A stretch of 63,922 nucleotides of DNA, filler included, from Octopus bimaculoides (GCF_001194135.2; 6 parts of 4 records of this genome joined end to end with filler, not necessarily neighbours in it); one strand, 5' to 3'. Shown: positions 25,559 through 37,940, counted from the whole stretch's first letter. A program made the numbers and translations. Notes: a model not told the origin generated them from the sequence alone.

Positions 25559-26214
25559 AATAATAAAAGTTTTGTTACATGCTTTAGATCCATACAAAAA
25601 ATATGGACAACTATGGCTTCGTAGGTAACAATTTTCCTATCGTTTATAAGATGTTGTCTCTTGAATACTCGTATCCATGAATGATCAATGGCTGCTCCAG
25701 CAAAACAAAGTCTGTTCGGGATTTCACAATCGACATCAGTACTACAAGGTGGACGGTTTCTGAGATATAGGAAGTGATTAATATTTTTGAAATCTGCTCC
25801 TTTCAATTAACCCTGAACACACATAAAGGACATCGGACAGAAATCAAAAGGACACATAATTATGCTTAGAACGCTCAAAAAAAAAAAACGCGACATTTGG
25901 TCAGTTCGAAAAGATAAACGAGAACATTACATTATATTGATTTCAAATTAATATTTGTAATCGATATTTCGATTGATTCCTAATTACCATTTCGAAATAA
26001 TTTTTAATATTGATTAAATATTAGATGTATTGAAATACATAATTGCATTCATTGTAAAATGTAATTACGAATATTGGAATAACATATAAATACGCCAAAT
26101 ATCGATTTGAAACACAATGCAACGATTTTAGCTTCGGGGTAGTTTAGTCAAATAAATCAACTACAGTATGTGACTATTTCTCTCTCTCGCCTCTCTGTCT
26201 CTCTTTCTTTCTTA

Positions 26215-26274
<60 letters not shown>

Positions 26275-26861
26275 GATACAAAAATGGGACAAGAAAAACA
26301 CGAAGTTTTCTTTCCTCAGTTGACTTCCAGATTATCTTTGCAATTTCGGCTGGTTATACTCGAGATTGCTCCAATCTGGCCAGCCCCAAGGAAAAACTAA
26401 GCTAAGAGCTCTAGATTCCTTGGAAGAAAGCAGCGAATGCATACGAAAGCAAGGACAGGAAAAAAATGGAGAAATGGTACACAAATACAAATGCAAATAA
26501 AAGGACATAACAACAGGTGTCTTTCGACTAAGGATGAATTAAATTAAGCTGGCGTGTGTGGCAGTGAAGCCTTACGGCAGGGACATAAGGGATGACAGGC
26601 ATGGTGAGGAATATAGATGTTGCACGGATGGTAGTCGAACAAAGAAAGAAAGTTCAGGCTTGGCCGAACACCGGTCACGTGGAGAGAGAGGAGAGAGGTA
26701 GAGGCAGAAGGATAGAAGAATTATGGAGGGACGAGAAAAAAAGAAAACTGACAGAGCGAAGAGAAAGAGGAGGGAAGGTGAGAATGAAGAGAAAGCCAGG
26801 AAATGTGAGAGGGGGAACGAAAGAAAGAAAAGTGGAAAGAACGAAGTATGTGTGATATATA

Positions 26862-26914
<53 letters not shown>

Positions 26915-26984
26915 CACACACACACATCCACAAACTGTCACCAATATACACTACAGAGAGTCAATAGCTGAGCACTAGAGTATT

Positions 26985-27183
26985 TATAAGGAGAATTCAC
27001 GAAAAAACAAGAGACAAAGACAGGTGGTGTAAACGACAAATGAATGTATTAGTATAACACTCGGGAATAGAGAAAGTCTTTGACGTTTCGAGTCTACGCT
27101 CTTCAGCAGAAAGGAACACAGAAAGAAACAAGGAGAGAAAAAAAATGTAGTGGTCAGCGATCTATCATGGCGAATGCCGGACC
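26985..27183 (-). mobile_element. ~200-bp repeat with hammerhead-like motif (Penelope pLTR-like), copy 1
   Basis: Minus strand CTTT-CTGCTGA-AGAG-CGTAGA-CTC-GAAA-CGTC-AAAG at 27078-27113; homologous to four other copies in the window. Confidence 0.6.
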
Positions 27184-27718
27184 TTTTCTTATAAAATAAG
27201 ATGGTACGAGAGAGAAAAAAAAAACGTGACGAGGAAATTAGACGTGGGAAGGAAAATAACAAAAGGTGTGGGGAAAAAAATAAAGGCGTGAGGAGAAGAA
27301 AATATACGCGAGGTGGGAGAAAAAAAAAACCAAAACAGAGAAAGAAAAGAGGAAGATGGGACAATAGAGAGAAAATGGGGAGAAAGGGAGAGGAGAAAAG
27401 AAATGGAGGGTGAGGGAGACAAAGTAACAGGTGCAGATTAGAGAAAGCAAAGTAAGAACATCCAGATTACGAAGAGACAGTAAGTAAAGGAAAGTAAAGA
27501 AAATATAATAATAGTAATAATAATAATAAAGGTTTTACACAAGTAAAACGTTCAAAGGCTTCAGACGTCGTGGTGTATTGCGGCGATTTATTATTAGTCG
27601 ATGGGTACAGCGTAATCCGTAGGCAGGAGAGGTGCAGCCGGAGAGTGCAAAGTTCAGAATAAATAGTCCAGAATAAAAAAAAAAGGTTCAGAGTCCAGAA
27701 GTTCGTGTGTGATGAGTA

Positions 27719-28051
27719 TGTAGTAACGCCGTGCGCATGCGTAGTCTCACGCATGCGTGGAATTCAACAACCAAGCTTTCCCGCTTTGATCGATCTCTTT
27801 TTCTTGCTGGCCAGCGATTGAGCAAGGACGTGTTTAGCTGTCTCTCTCCATCTTTCGAACTTACGCTAGACAGCTCGCTAACATCTACATACCAACGTCC
27901 CAACAACCATGTTCTCACACACCGAAGACGTCTCAACAAACAAGATTAAAGGTGTATATTCTCCCCCTTGAATAAATGTTGTTTGTGTTGATAGTTTGGA
28001 GTTCAGCGTTCCGTTTAATTCTTAGTTTAATATAGGAAAGTCAGGTGTACA
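27719..28051 (+). mobile_element. Possible solo LTR
   Basis: TGTA...TACA ends and an internal AATAAA; no TSD found. Confidence 0.25.
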
Positions 28052-28126
28052 TCTAATGATGTATAACCCACTTCTCTATAAGTAGACACAGGATTAGCTG
28101 GTGCGAATACGTGAGCGTGTGCTATG

Positions 28127-28319
28127 TATAGGGAGAATTCATGAAAAATACAACAGACGAAGACAGGTGGTGTAAACAACAAATGGATGTATTAGTATAA
28201 CGCTCGGGAATAGAGAAAGTCTTTAACGTTTCGAGCCTACGCTCTTCAACAGAAAGGAACACAGAAACAAACAAGGAGAGAAGAAAAAAAATACGTAGTG
28301 GTCAGCGATCTATCATGGA
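28127..28319 (-). mobile_element. Same ~200-bp repeat, copy 2
   Basis: Motif at 28221-28256 (core CTGTTGA, site GTT). Confidence 0.6.
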
Positions 28320-28339
28320 GAGTGAACAGAGTTGTAAAC

Positions 28340-28570
28340 ATCGAAAATATTTTGCTTGGAGTATGCCGAACAATTGCTCACAACTATCGTCTGCCGCAAC
28401 GTTCTGAGTTCAAATTCCGCCGAGGTCGACTTTGCCTTTCATCCTTTCGGGGTTGATTAAATAAGTACCAGTTACGCACTGGAGTCGATATAATCGATTT
28501 AATCCGTTTGTCTGTCCTTGTATGTCCCCTCTGTGTGTAGCCCCTTGTAGGTAGTAAAGAAATAAGAATT
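28340..28570 (+). mobile_element. SINE family B (variant tail)
   Basis: GTTCTGAGTTCAAATTCCGCCGAGGTCGACTTTGCCTTTCATCCTTTCGGGG. Confidence 0.8.
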
Positions 28571-28661
28571 AAATAGATATATAGGTAGATAGAGGAAGAG
28601 AGAAAGGGAGAGTAGACAATAGGCGTATATGCCGAGGGTTGTAATATGGATAGCAAATGAC

Positions 28662-28803
28662 CCGTGGCGTAGCTAGAGTGTATGTCACCAGGGGCAGCTC
28701 TTGAGTCCCTCCCACCACGGAACCTATACAGACTTATACAGCAGGGTTAAAACTGCCGCCCCTATAAAAACGTCACCTTTCTTCCCCTAATTACGGTACT
28801 TCA
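28662..28803. mobile_element. Degenerate MITE (CCGTGGCGTAGCTAG... ends)
   Basis: Left end resembles CAGTGGCGTAGCTAG MITE termini; right end is decayed. Confidence 0.35.
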
Positions 28804-28993
28804 GTCTGGTGATGTTTTTAGAGGATGCGGCTTTGCACGTCTGCTTGTGCAGTAGCAGTGTTCAGTTTCAGCATCGTCCCAAATGTTGCTGCAATACTGT
28901 TTTGTAGAAGCTGTCTGAACTTTGAGGAAAGTTCGTAGTTATTGGGAAATGAAATATTTTCTGTCCCTGAAGAGCTTTATGTTGCTGTGTACA

Positions 28994-29266
28994 CATGGGC
29001 CCGGGAACAGGGGGTGCAGGTGGTACAAGTGCACCCCTAGAATTTTTGCGGAGTGCAGAACCAAAATTTGCAGCCCTACTTATTTTACTCAGGTTTACAA
29101 AACCGTGAATAAAAAAGTGATGTGTAAAAAGTACCTTGAAGTTAGGTTCCTTCTCAAAGAACAAATCACAAAAATAAATAACAGAAAAAAAAAACAAGAC
29201 CAAATTTGTAAAAAAGTTTGGACCTAGGTTTGCACCCCCTAAGCAAATTTCGTTCCTGAGCCACTG
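28994..29266. mobile_element. hAT-like MITE with 8-bp TSD
   Basis: CA...TG termini (CATGGGCCCGGGAAC / GTTCCTGAGCCACTG); internal GGGGGTGCA/TGCACCCCC inverted motif; perfect TSD TGTGTACA at 28986-28993 and 29267-29274. Confidence 0.85.
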
Positions 29267-29339
29267 TGTGTACATTCACAAGGAATGACCCTCGGTGTTA
29301 ACGAAGATTTTAGCATTTGCAAGATAAATATAGTGTGGT

Positions 29340-29700
29340 TCTGTTGTTGTTGTTGGCACTCCGTCGCTTACGACGTCGAGGGTTCCAGTTGATCCGATCA
29401 ACGGAACAGCCTGCTCGTGAAATTAACGTGCAAGTGGCTGAGTACTCCACAGACACGTGTACCCTTAACGTAGTTCTCGGGGATATTCAGCGTGACACAG
29501 AATGTGACAAGGCTGATCCTTTGAAATACAGGCACAACAGAAACAGGAAGAAAGAGTGAGAGAAAGTTGTGGTGAAAGAGTACAGCAGGGTTCGCCAGCA
29601 TCCTCTGCCGGAGCCTCGTGGAGCTTTTTAGGTGTTTTCGCTCAATAAACACTCACAACGTCCGGTCTGGGAATCGAAACCGCGATCTTATGACCGCGTC
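29340..29700 (-). mobile_element. tRNA-derived SINE family C (Nin/Deu-like) with (CAA)n tail
   Basis: Homologous to 38990-39274 (+) and 58570-58740 (-); B-box-like GGTTTCGATTCCC; CACTTGCACGTTAATTTCACGAGC block. Confidence 0.75.
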
Positions 29701-29929
29701 TCCACAGTGTGGTTCTAGTTACTAAAAAACAACAAACAAAACAATACAAAACACACACACACACAAAAAACAACCGGTAGTCGCCATTGGAATGCCTTTG
29801 ATAATAGGTCTTCTGATTAGGCCTGACTTAGTGCTAAACAATAACAAACAGTATTATCGTGGGTCAACGAGTAAGACTGCTTTATGAAGTCTGTTCATCG
29901 TAGTTGTTTTGAGGTATTCAGTCATAACG

Positions 29930-30070
29930 AGTTATACTCTTAGTTCAAATTCCACCGAAGTCAGCTTTGTCATTCATTCTCTCGGGGTCGTTAAATAAAG
30001 TACCAGTCAAGTAATTGATTAACTCCCACCTCCCCAAAATTTCAGGCCTTGTGCCCACATTTGAAGCAAA
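29930..30070 (+). mobile_element. SINE family B fragment
   Basis: Same central motif, diverged. Confidence 0.7.
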
Positions 30071-30454
30071 TCGACTAATCCTTCCAACTAAATTTGTACT
30101 AAGAATACAAAAGATTAATTAAGTAGTAAATTGGCTGATTCGATAGACTGACGGGCCCTGGAGTCTACAAAGCTGCTAAGACGTACTGCATATTATTATT
30201 ATTATTATTACTTCCTCGAAGATGAGCCTTTTTGATCAACATTTCTGCTTCTTCGGTTAATCTCCCCTTTAGAACTTCTCTCTAACTGAGCAGTTAGTCT
30301 TCATACCGTAAAAATAGTTCTATTTAAAAGCTGTTACGGGTAGACATTGCACATGAAATGTTATAATTGACCTTGTAAAGCATACAGTATTTTATACGAA
30401 ATTAGAAGATAGAATATCAAAGTCATGCATAAATTTAGTAAAAATCACTAATTA

Positions 30455-30750
30455 AATCGAACTTCCAGTGTTACGAACTCGAGTTTTCTGTACGTCAATA
30501 AGCGGAGTTGACGGAAATAACCGAACTATGCGGCACGTAGAACGCAATAAGACAGACGGAGATAGTTCAGTTCAGCGAGCACGTGTTGTTGCGGCAAGTC
30601 GTTCTACCGCCTTCTCTCGTCTTTTACTCCACCCATTCTCACCACTTTCTCTCATTTGTCTGCTCAGCTAGCAGTTTCATACCATCTTGTCTGCAATTTA
30701 ATTCATCTTTATTGTTCTTTATTTACCTCCTGTTGTAACTTTTTGCCAAA
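30455..30750 (+). promoter_or_regulatory. Putative TKT core promoter and 5' UTR
   Basis: Locally CpG-rich, repeat-free segment upstream of the ATG. Contains Inr-like TCAGTT (30567-30572), E-box CACGTG (30580-30585) and a CRE-like TACGTCA, followed by a pyrimidine-rich leader. TSS is inferred. Confidence 0.5.
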
Positions 30751-30860
30751 ATGTCTGCTGATTATCATCGTCCCGATGCCAAAATTGTGTCCGAATTAAA
30801 GGACATGGCTAATAAATTACGTATGCACAGTATTAAAGCCACTGACGCCAGCAATTCAGG
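30751..30860 (+). CDS. TKT: Transketolase, coding exon 1 (partial gene)
   Basis: ATG at 30751 translates MSADYHRPDAKIVSELKDMANKLRMHSIKATDASNSG, closely resembling the animal TKT N-terminus (human [36 protein letters not shown]). It ends GG|GTAAGA, a consensus phase-2 donor just before the expected HPTSC motif. Too short to appear in the ORF track. Confidence 0.92.
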
Positions 30861-31550
30861 GTAAGATATATAAATATATACATACATATATATGTGTGTG
30901 TGCGCGCGTGTATATCTATATCTACACACACTGTTTAACCTGTTAAATATTACTTTCTTAAATCTTTTCTTAAAGCAGTTATGTTTCAGAAATTGTATTG
31001 ATTCTTTTTGGTCGTGCAGTTGTAACGTCTGACATTTAAATCTATTCAGTGTTAATAATGTAAAAGAATGTATGTCACAACCTCACATCCTGCAATAATG
31101 CACTCATTTCTCAGGAACCAAACATTGACTTGCATTTTCGCGCGATTTAACATTTACGCTATTTTTAGTTCATTAGGAAAAATTGAGACTTAATTAGCAA
31201 GAAAAAAAGAAGATGCGATTTAAGTTAAACTCTAAATTATGTATTTTGAACATTTGTGTTAATTTTTATAGTGATTTAAAAAAATTTTAATGGTTTATTT
31301 CATTTAATGTTTTTAACCTCAATTATACATTTGGTGATGTTTGCAGCTAAGCGAAATAGGCGGATATTTCAATTAAATAGGATTGTTTACTGTGAAATAC
31401 AACAGAGACGTAATTCAACTTTGGTTACAATGGTTCATTTATTTTAAAATCATTTTGAATGTGGTGAGATGACTGACAGATCCAAATTTTCAAGTAGTTT
31501 GTCTTTACTGCGTTATGAATATGCTTTGGCAGTTGCTAAAATAAGCGCCG

Positions 31551-33025
31551 GTAAATATACTGGGGCGATCTTGGAGATGAACGTCCCGTTTACATTTACG
31601 CCAACTTAAATTTCCTTTCAGTTTCGTAATTGAACGATAGAACAGTATCGTCGTAAGGTATCAGGCTCACTGAGAAGTTTCCCGGATGCCTCACAGTCTA
31701 GGGGTCCTGTTCTAATCTGTATATACTATGGTTTGCTGTCTATAAATACGGTTAATAATACTATTGGGTTCATACTTTGATTTTTCCCTGTAATGTTGTT
31801 TCGATGGTCCTGTTATAGAAATGAAAATTTTAAACAAACGAAGGAAATTATTTATGTAGAAAGAAAAATTGGTCTTCCTCGTACCAATAGGGGTGGAGAT
31901 GGAGAAGGAAAAAATGAATAGGTGTCAGGAAAGTTGTTACCAGTGCCGATCCAATACCATGCTCATGTATAATTTACCACAAGTACAAAGTACTTTTATT
32001 GGCGGAGTCCTTTTTGTGATCAGATATATATATATATAAAAAGGACATGNNNNNNNNNNNNNNNNNNNNNNNNNNNNNNNNNNNNNNNNNNNNNNNNNNN
32101 NNNNNNNNNNNNNNNNNNNNNNNNNNNNNNNNNNNNNNNNNNNNNNNNNNNNNNNNNNNNNNNNNNNNNNNNNNNNNNNNNNNNNNNNNNNNNNNNNNNN
32201 NNNNNNNNNNNNNNNNNNNNNNNNNNNNNNNNNNNNNNNNNNNNNNNNNNNNNNNNNNNNNNNNNNNNNNNNNNNNNNNNNNNNNNNNNNNNNNNNNNNN
32301 NNNNNNNNNNNNNNNNNNNNNNNNNNNNNNNNNNNNNNNNNNNNNNNNNNNNNNNNNNNNNNNNNNNNNNNNNNNNNNNNNNNNNNNNNNNNNNNNNNNN
32401 NNNNNNNNNNNNNNNNNNNNNNNNNNNNNNNNNNNNNNNNNNNNNNNNNNNNNNNNNNNNNNNNNNNNNNNNNNNNNNNNNNNNNNNNNNNNNNNNNNNN
32501 NNNNNNNNNNNNNNNNNNNNNNNNNNNNNNNNNNNNNNNNNNNNNNNNNNNNNNNNNNNNNNNNNNNNNNNNNNNNNNNNNNNNNNNNNNNNNNNNNNNN
32601 NNNNNNNNNNNNNNNNNNNNNNNNNNNNNNNNNNNNNNNNNNNNNNNNNNNNNNNNNNNNNNNNNNNNNNNNNNNNNNNNNNNNNNNNNNNNNNNNNNNN
32701 NNNNNNNNNNNNNNNNNNNNNNNNNNNNNNNNNNNNNNNNNNNNNNNNNNNNNNNNNNNNNNNNNNNNNNNNNNNNNNNNNNNNNNNNNNNNNNNNNNNN
32801 NNNNNNNNNNNNNNNNNNNNNNNNNNNNNNNNNNNNNNNNNNNNNNNNNNNNNNNNNNNNNNNNNNNNNNNNNNNNNNNNNNNNNNNNNNNNNNNNNNNN
32901 TCTCAGTGAGCCTGATACCTTACGACGATACTGTTCTATCGTTCAATTACGAAACTGAAAGGAAATTTAAGTTGGCGTAAATGTAAACGGGACGTTCATC
33001 TCCAAGATCGCCCCAGTATATTTAC
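31551..33025. repeat. Perfect 125-bp inverted repeat (31551-31675 / 32901-33025) around a gap
   Basis: Base-by-base reverse-complement identity; the right arm begins exactly at the gap edge. Confidence 0.9.
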
Positions 33026-33042
33026 TGCTACTCTCTGTTGTG

Positions 33043-33242
33043 GGTACTACTAAAACAGCACGGTCCCGAACGCACAGTCGCGCGTCCGCGCTAGCTAGTC
33101 GTGAGTGGTCGATCCTAATCCTAACCCTATCTCTAACCCGCGTGTGCAAATGAATACGTGTTTAGGGTTAGGATTAGGATCGACTACTCACGACTAGCTA
33201 GCGCGACTGCGCGTTCGGGGACCGTGCTGCTTTAGTAGTACC
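33043..33242. mobile_element. 200-bp palindromic MITE with telomere-like repeats and 9-bp TSD
   Basis: GGTACTACTAAA...TTTAGTAGTACC with ~80-bp arms; inner CCTAATCCTAACCCTA / TTAGGGTTAGGATTAGG; TSD TCTGTTGTG at 33034-33042 and 33243-33251. Confidence 0.92.
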
Positions 33243-36200
33243 TCTGTTGTGTATGAAACGTTATATTCCTAAAATAGTGCATTGACGCATTTTAGTCTCG
33301 ATCTCTATAATAAATTATTCTAATATCTAGGATTATAACTTTACGTAACGACTATCAACCACGTGCTACCGCCTACATAATTTTTTTTCTCAGGTATAAA
33401 AATTAGATTTACATCCATAAATGCATATTTTCCTGACATAATTCATTCAATAATTTGAAACTAGATGTGAGCTTCAGAAATTATTATTAAGTACTAATAA
33501 TGTACATTTGCATTTCTTTTGTTTATCTTGGCTGTGTGTGTCAACCCTTGCATGCTATCGTCCTGTCACAGGACGGATTTACCTAAAAACTTTACCTGTG
33601 TTTATAACTTTTGTAGGTGATTTTTCGTTTTGACTTGCATAGCTGTCATTCAAAATCACCCTTTCGTAACATTTATGTCCGGATATTTAAGATAACTTTA
33701 CATGAAGCTATGTTTTAGTACTTGTTATCCTATACTGTTGTTGTAATCACCAGCAACTGTTGCCGAGCAAATCGTGCATGAGTGTTTGATACGTAGAGAA
33801 TAAAAAAAAACTTTTGGGTCACTCGGCTACTCCCTAATTTTTCCCTTTCAAATTGCATAATCTGTATCAACAATATTTAGCACGTGGTTGCTGGACACCA
33901 AGTGATAAAGTCCTATTTCAAACAGCTAATTGTAAATCGTGCTAAACTTTTTGTACAATCGCCTATCTATTTCTAAAATTGTGAATGAATACAACGGAAT
34001 TGATTGAACAAGTTCAAAGATCCTCAATTTGGTGTGTGTTGGAATCAAATCTGGGACTTTTTGTTGCGTATAAAATTTAATACTAATTCGAACTTTATAT
34101 GGATGTTATCTAGATCCAACTGGTACAAATCGCGCGCGGGTAACTTGCACAAAAACACGTGTTACGTTCCCTGATAATCCAACAATCACTTGCACAACAA
34201 CTGCAATATTCGTTTCGCTTCCTATATTCATTTTGTTGTTTGAAGCACGCGGGATTTTTAAGAACTGGGAGAATTGTCGCTTGTTAACTAAAACGATTGT
34301 ATATTATCTAGACTCTTCTGAAAAGACAAAACGAAATGTTAATGCCTACGTAATTAAAATAACATTCATTGAAATAATTTATTGGAAATGTATTAAATTT
34401 AAGTTTGATCTAACTTCAGTGATGGAAAGTAGGGTTATGCAGAGGACTACCAACCCCTACCGCTCAGCTCTGTTAGGTGGGGTTGCTAAGACCTTCCAAT
34501 CCTGCCTATATGCAACTTTAGCCTCAGAATTTAGCGAACCCTGAGTTTCTGAAATCCTTTTCCTTCGCAGGCTTTTTTGAAGTTGAGACCACTTGAAGCA
34601 GTTCGAAATTCTTAGATAATTGCATATTATCATTACTGTTCGTCTTATTTTGAAAAAATTAAGTTACTTTAATTAAGATTAGTCATAACCGGGGAATATC
34701 TCTACTTTTAAACTTCGATATTATTTTGGTGGCGTTTTTGGATGGATGTTGTGATCTGGCGGATCTGGCTGTGTGTGTGTGTGCATGCGTACGCACAATC
34801 ACACAAAGCATGTGGTTCAGGAGTTTGTAACCAAAATATCCCGGCTGTGATTGTTTAGTAGAGGTATTTGTAACCAAAATACCCCAGCTATGATTCTTTA
34901 GTAGAGGCTGGCTTTTCAAGTGAGAAATAGATCAAGGTTATTTGGAGTGCTTGAGTTGGTCAGTAAAGGAGATGAAATTGATGTGCAAAAAATCGAGTAT
35001 TGTGAAAGCTTTGGTTCCTGATCTTGTAGCATTGGTATGGAATAATGGTGAGAATCAAGGTGATTTGTGAGCATTGGAAGATGGAGACTTTGACCCGAGT
35101 AATTAAAGTTCTTGCAGACTCTACCTATTGGTGAGTACGTGTAGTATAGCTTGGACGGAAGATGAACTATATAGATAAGCGAGAGATTTGAGGTGTGCGC
35201 ATGCACACACAGACGTTTGTGTGTGTGTGTGTGTATGTTTGTGTATTCTTTCACTAGTTTCAGTCATTGGATTGCAGTTCTGCTGTTGGTGCTGCCTTCA
35301 AATGTTTTAGAGTATCATATTAACCCTACTAGCTTCTTCATTGAAACTGCTATGTATTCATCAGACGATTGTGCAGACACACACACACACACACACATCT
35401 TCATGCGCTTATATCAAGGGCTGATTGCCTAATTCGACCCACACGCATTAGTCAACGTTACAGTACAAATCCTCACGGTATTGTGTGTTGGAATCAAATC
35501 TGGGATTCTTTGGTTACAAACTACTCACACACACACACAAACTTTTTGCAAAGAATTTTTGTTAGTCACAATATTTGAAGAAATATTTTCTTAAATATTA
35601 AAAACTATATAAAAATCTAACAAGTAAAAATAGAGACATGAACGTTTTGGAAGTTTTCATATCGTGTATAAGGAAGAATCTGGTAGATTACGAAAGACAA
35701 GAAGAATGCTTGAAGAATTCTAATTGTGAAACTAAACCGGTAATTGTCAACATCACTACAAATGCCATTTTGGTAATGAAAAAATACCTAAACTTCTTCC
35801 GGATTACCTCATAACACGTGTATTTGAAAAACTGTAAACGGCAAAAACGTTTAGCATCATATGTAAAATTTCTTTTAAAAAAATGTCCATGTGACTTTTT
35901 ATTTATTTATTAATTTTTTTAAAAAAGATCTTTAAAATCTAATTAATATTTTAATTTAAGATAGTCCTTTTTAGTCTTGTTGAAAACGACAACTCCTCCT
36001 GTGCTGGTGCAATGGTAAATTGGAATGTTTTTAAAAATAATAGTGAATTCTTAGATTGATATTTATTGAGAATTTTCCAAACACCAACTGTTTTAAAATA
36101 GATTCTCCACAAGTCATTTACTGTATACTGCAAAATGGTCACAAACCAGTAATTCTTCATAAACTAAACTATTAATTTTGTTCCCATATCTTTCTAGAAA

Positions 36201-36279
36201 TACATTGCTTATGTGTCAAATAATTTTGAAAATAATGGAAAATGTTGCAAAAGAACAATGATTGCTAATCTGCTAATCA

Positions 36280-36490
36280 GGGCGGTGGGTTGGCAGAATC
36301 TATAGAGCATCAAATTAGAAGCCTTGCAGTATGTGTTTTGGTTCTTAGTTCCAATCCTAGCATGGTCAACTTTTCATTTTTTTTCTCAGGGTCGTTAAAA
36401 TAAAGTAACAGTCAAGTACTAGATTTAATGGTATTGATTAAACCCCTTCCCCTGAAAGTGCAACCCTGTGCCTCAACTAGAAACAATGAC
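36280..36490 (+). mobile_element. SINE family B, diverged
   Basis: GGCGGTGGGTTGGCAGAATC head and central motif. Confidence 0.65.
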
Positions 36491-36654
36491 TAAACTTTGT
36501 CTTTGAAACAAATTACCATATTTGATGGCATAAAAGACAAGTGGGCATGTCAAGTTCAGCATTGCATATCCAGGAAAAAAATTTGTGGTGCATTAATGCA
36601 TGTAATAGGGGCCTGACTTCGCTTACAGGACCTCAGAGGATTTTTTTTTTGTTT

Positions 36655-36810
36655 TTAATATCTTGTTTCACTCATTGGACTGCGGCCATGCTGGGGCACC
36701 ACCTTGAAGATTTTAGTTGAACAAATTGACCCTAACACTTTTATGTAGAGTTTCTTTTGCCAAACTGGCAAATGGGACATAAACAAACTAACAATGGTAA
36801 TCAAGCAGTG
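36655..36810 (-). mobile_element. SINE family A 3' fragment
   Basis: CTGCGGCCATGCTGGGGCACC tail motif. Confidence 0.7.
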
Positions 36811-37409
36811 GTGATGGACATGGGGAAAAAGGATGTTGAATAATGATTTATATATTTATATATATATATATATATCATCATCATCATCGTTTAACATCTG
36901 CTTTCCATGCTAGCATGGGTTGGACGATTTGACTGAGGACTGGCAAACCAGATGGCTACACCAGGCTCCAATCTGATTTGGATGATGATGATACAGATGC
37001 GCACGCACATGATAGATTTCCACAGTTTCCATCAACCAGATTCACTTGTATTTTCTTTTAAAGAAGTGCATTTTATATACCATTAAACACTTTAACAAAT
37101 GATGGTAGGTTTTAACTTTAAAAAAAAGTTTGTATTACAGAACCAATGACTGATTCAGGCAGATTGGTTTCAAATTCGTGAACACAATGGCCTCCTTCAC
37201 GCTTTTGAATGTTTTACAAACGTTAAAATATCACATGTTCCACATTTGACAAAACAAATGTGTGTGACAGTTTCTATTTTTTCTTTTTGGCAACCATTGA
37301 CGGATATATTTGTCATTGAATATGCGTATTCTTGCTTTTATAGGTGCTGGTATGGTTTGGCATCATATGTAAAATTTCCTTTAAAAAATGTCCATGTGAC
37401 TTTTTATTT

Positions 37410-37940
37410 ACTCTTTTACTCTTTTACTTGTTTCAGTCAGTTGAGTGTGGCCATGCTGGAGCACCGCCTTTACCCGAGCAAATTGACCCCAGAACTTATT
37501 CTTTGTAAGCCTAGCACTTATTCTATCGGTCTCTTTTTCTGAACCGCTAAGTTACGAGGACGTAAACACACCACCATTGGTTGTCAAGTGATGTTGGGGG
37601 GATACGCANNNNNNNNNNNNNNNNNNNNNNNNNNNNNNNNNNNNNNNNNNNNNNNNNNNNNNNNNNNNNNNNNNNNNNNNNNNNNNNNNNNNNNNNNNNN
37701 NNNNNNNNNNNNNNNNNNNNNNNNNNNNNNNNNNNNNNNNNNNNNNNNNNNNNNNNNNNNNNNNNNNNNNNNNNNNNNNNNNNNNNNNNNNNNNNNNNNN
37801 NNNNNNNNNNNNNNNNNNNNNNNNNNNNNNNNNNNNNNNNNNNNNNNNNNNNNNNNNNNNNNNNNNNNNNNNNNNNNNNNNNNNNNNNNNNNNNNNNNNN
37901 GTGGTTGGGAATCAAGCTTCTTGCCACACATCCACACCTG
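37410..37940 (-). mobile_element. SINE family A spanning a gap
   Basis: Tail before the gap and head remnant after it. Confidence 0.75.

Noticed and set aside
31080-31115. CCTCACATCCTGC as TKT exon 2 (PTSC-like)
   Set aside because: Reads HNLTSCNNAL, has no acceptor in the right phase, and shows no downstream similarity.
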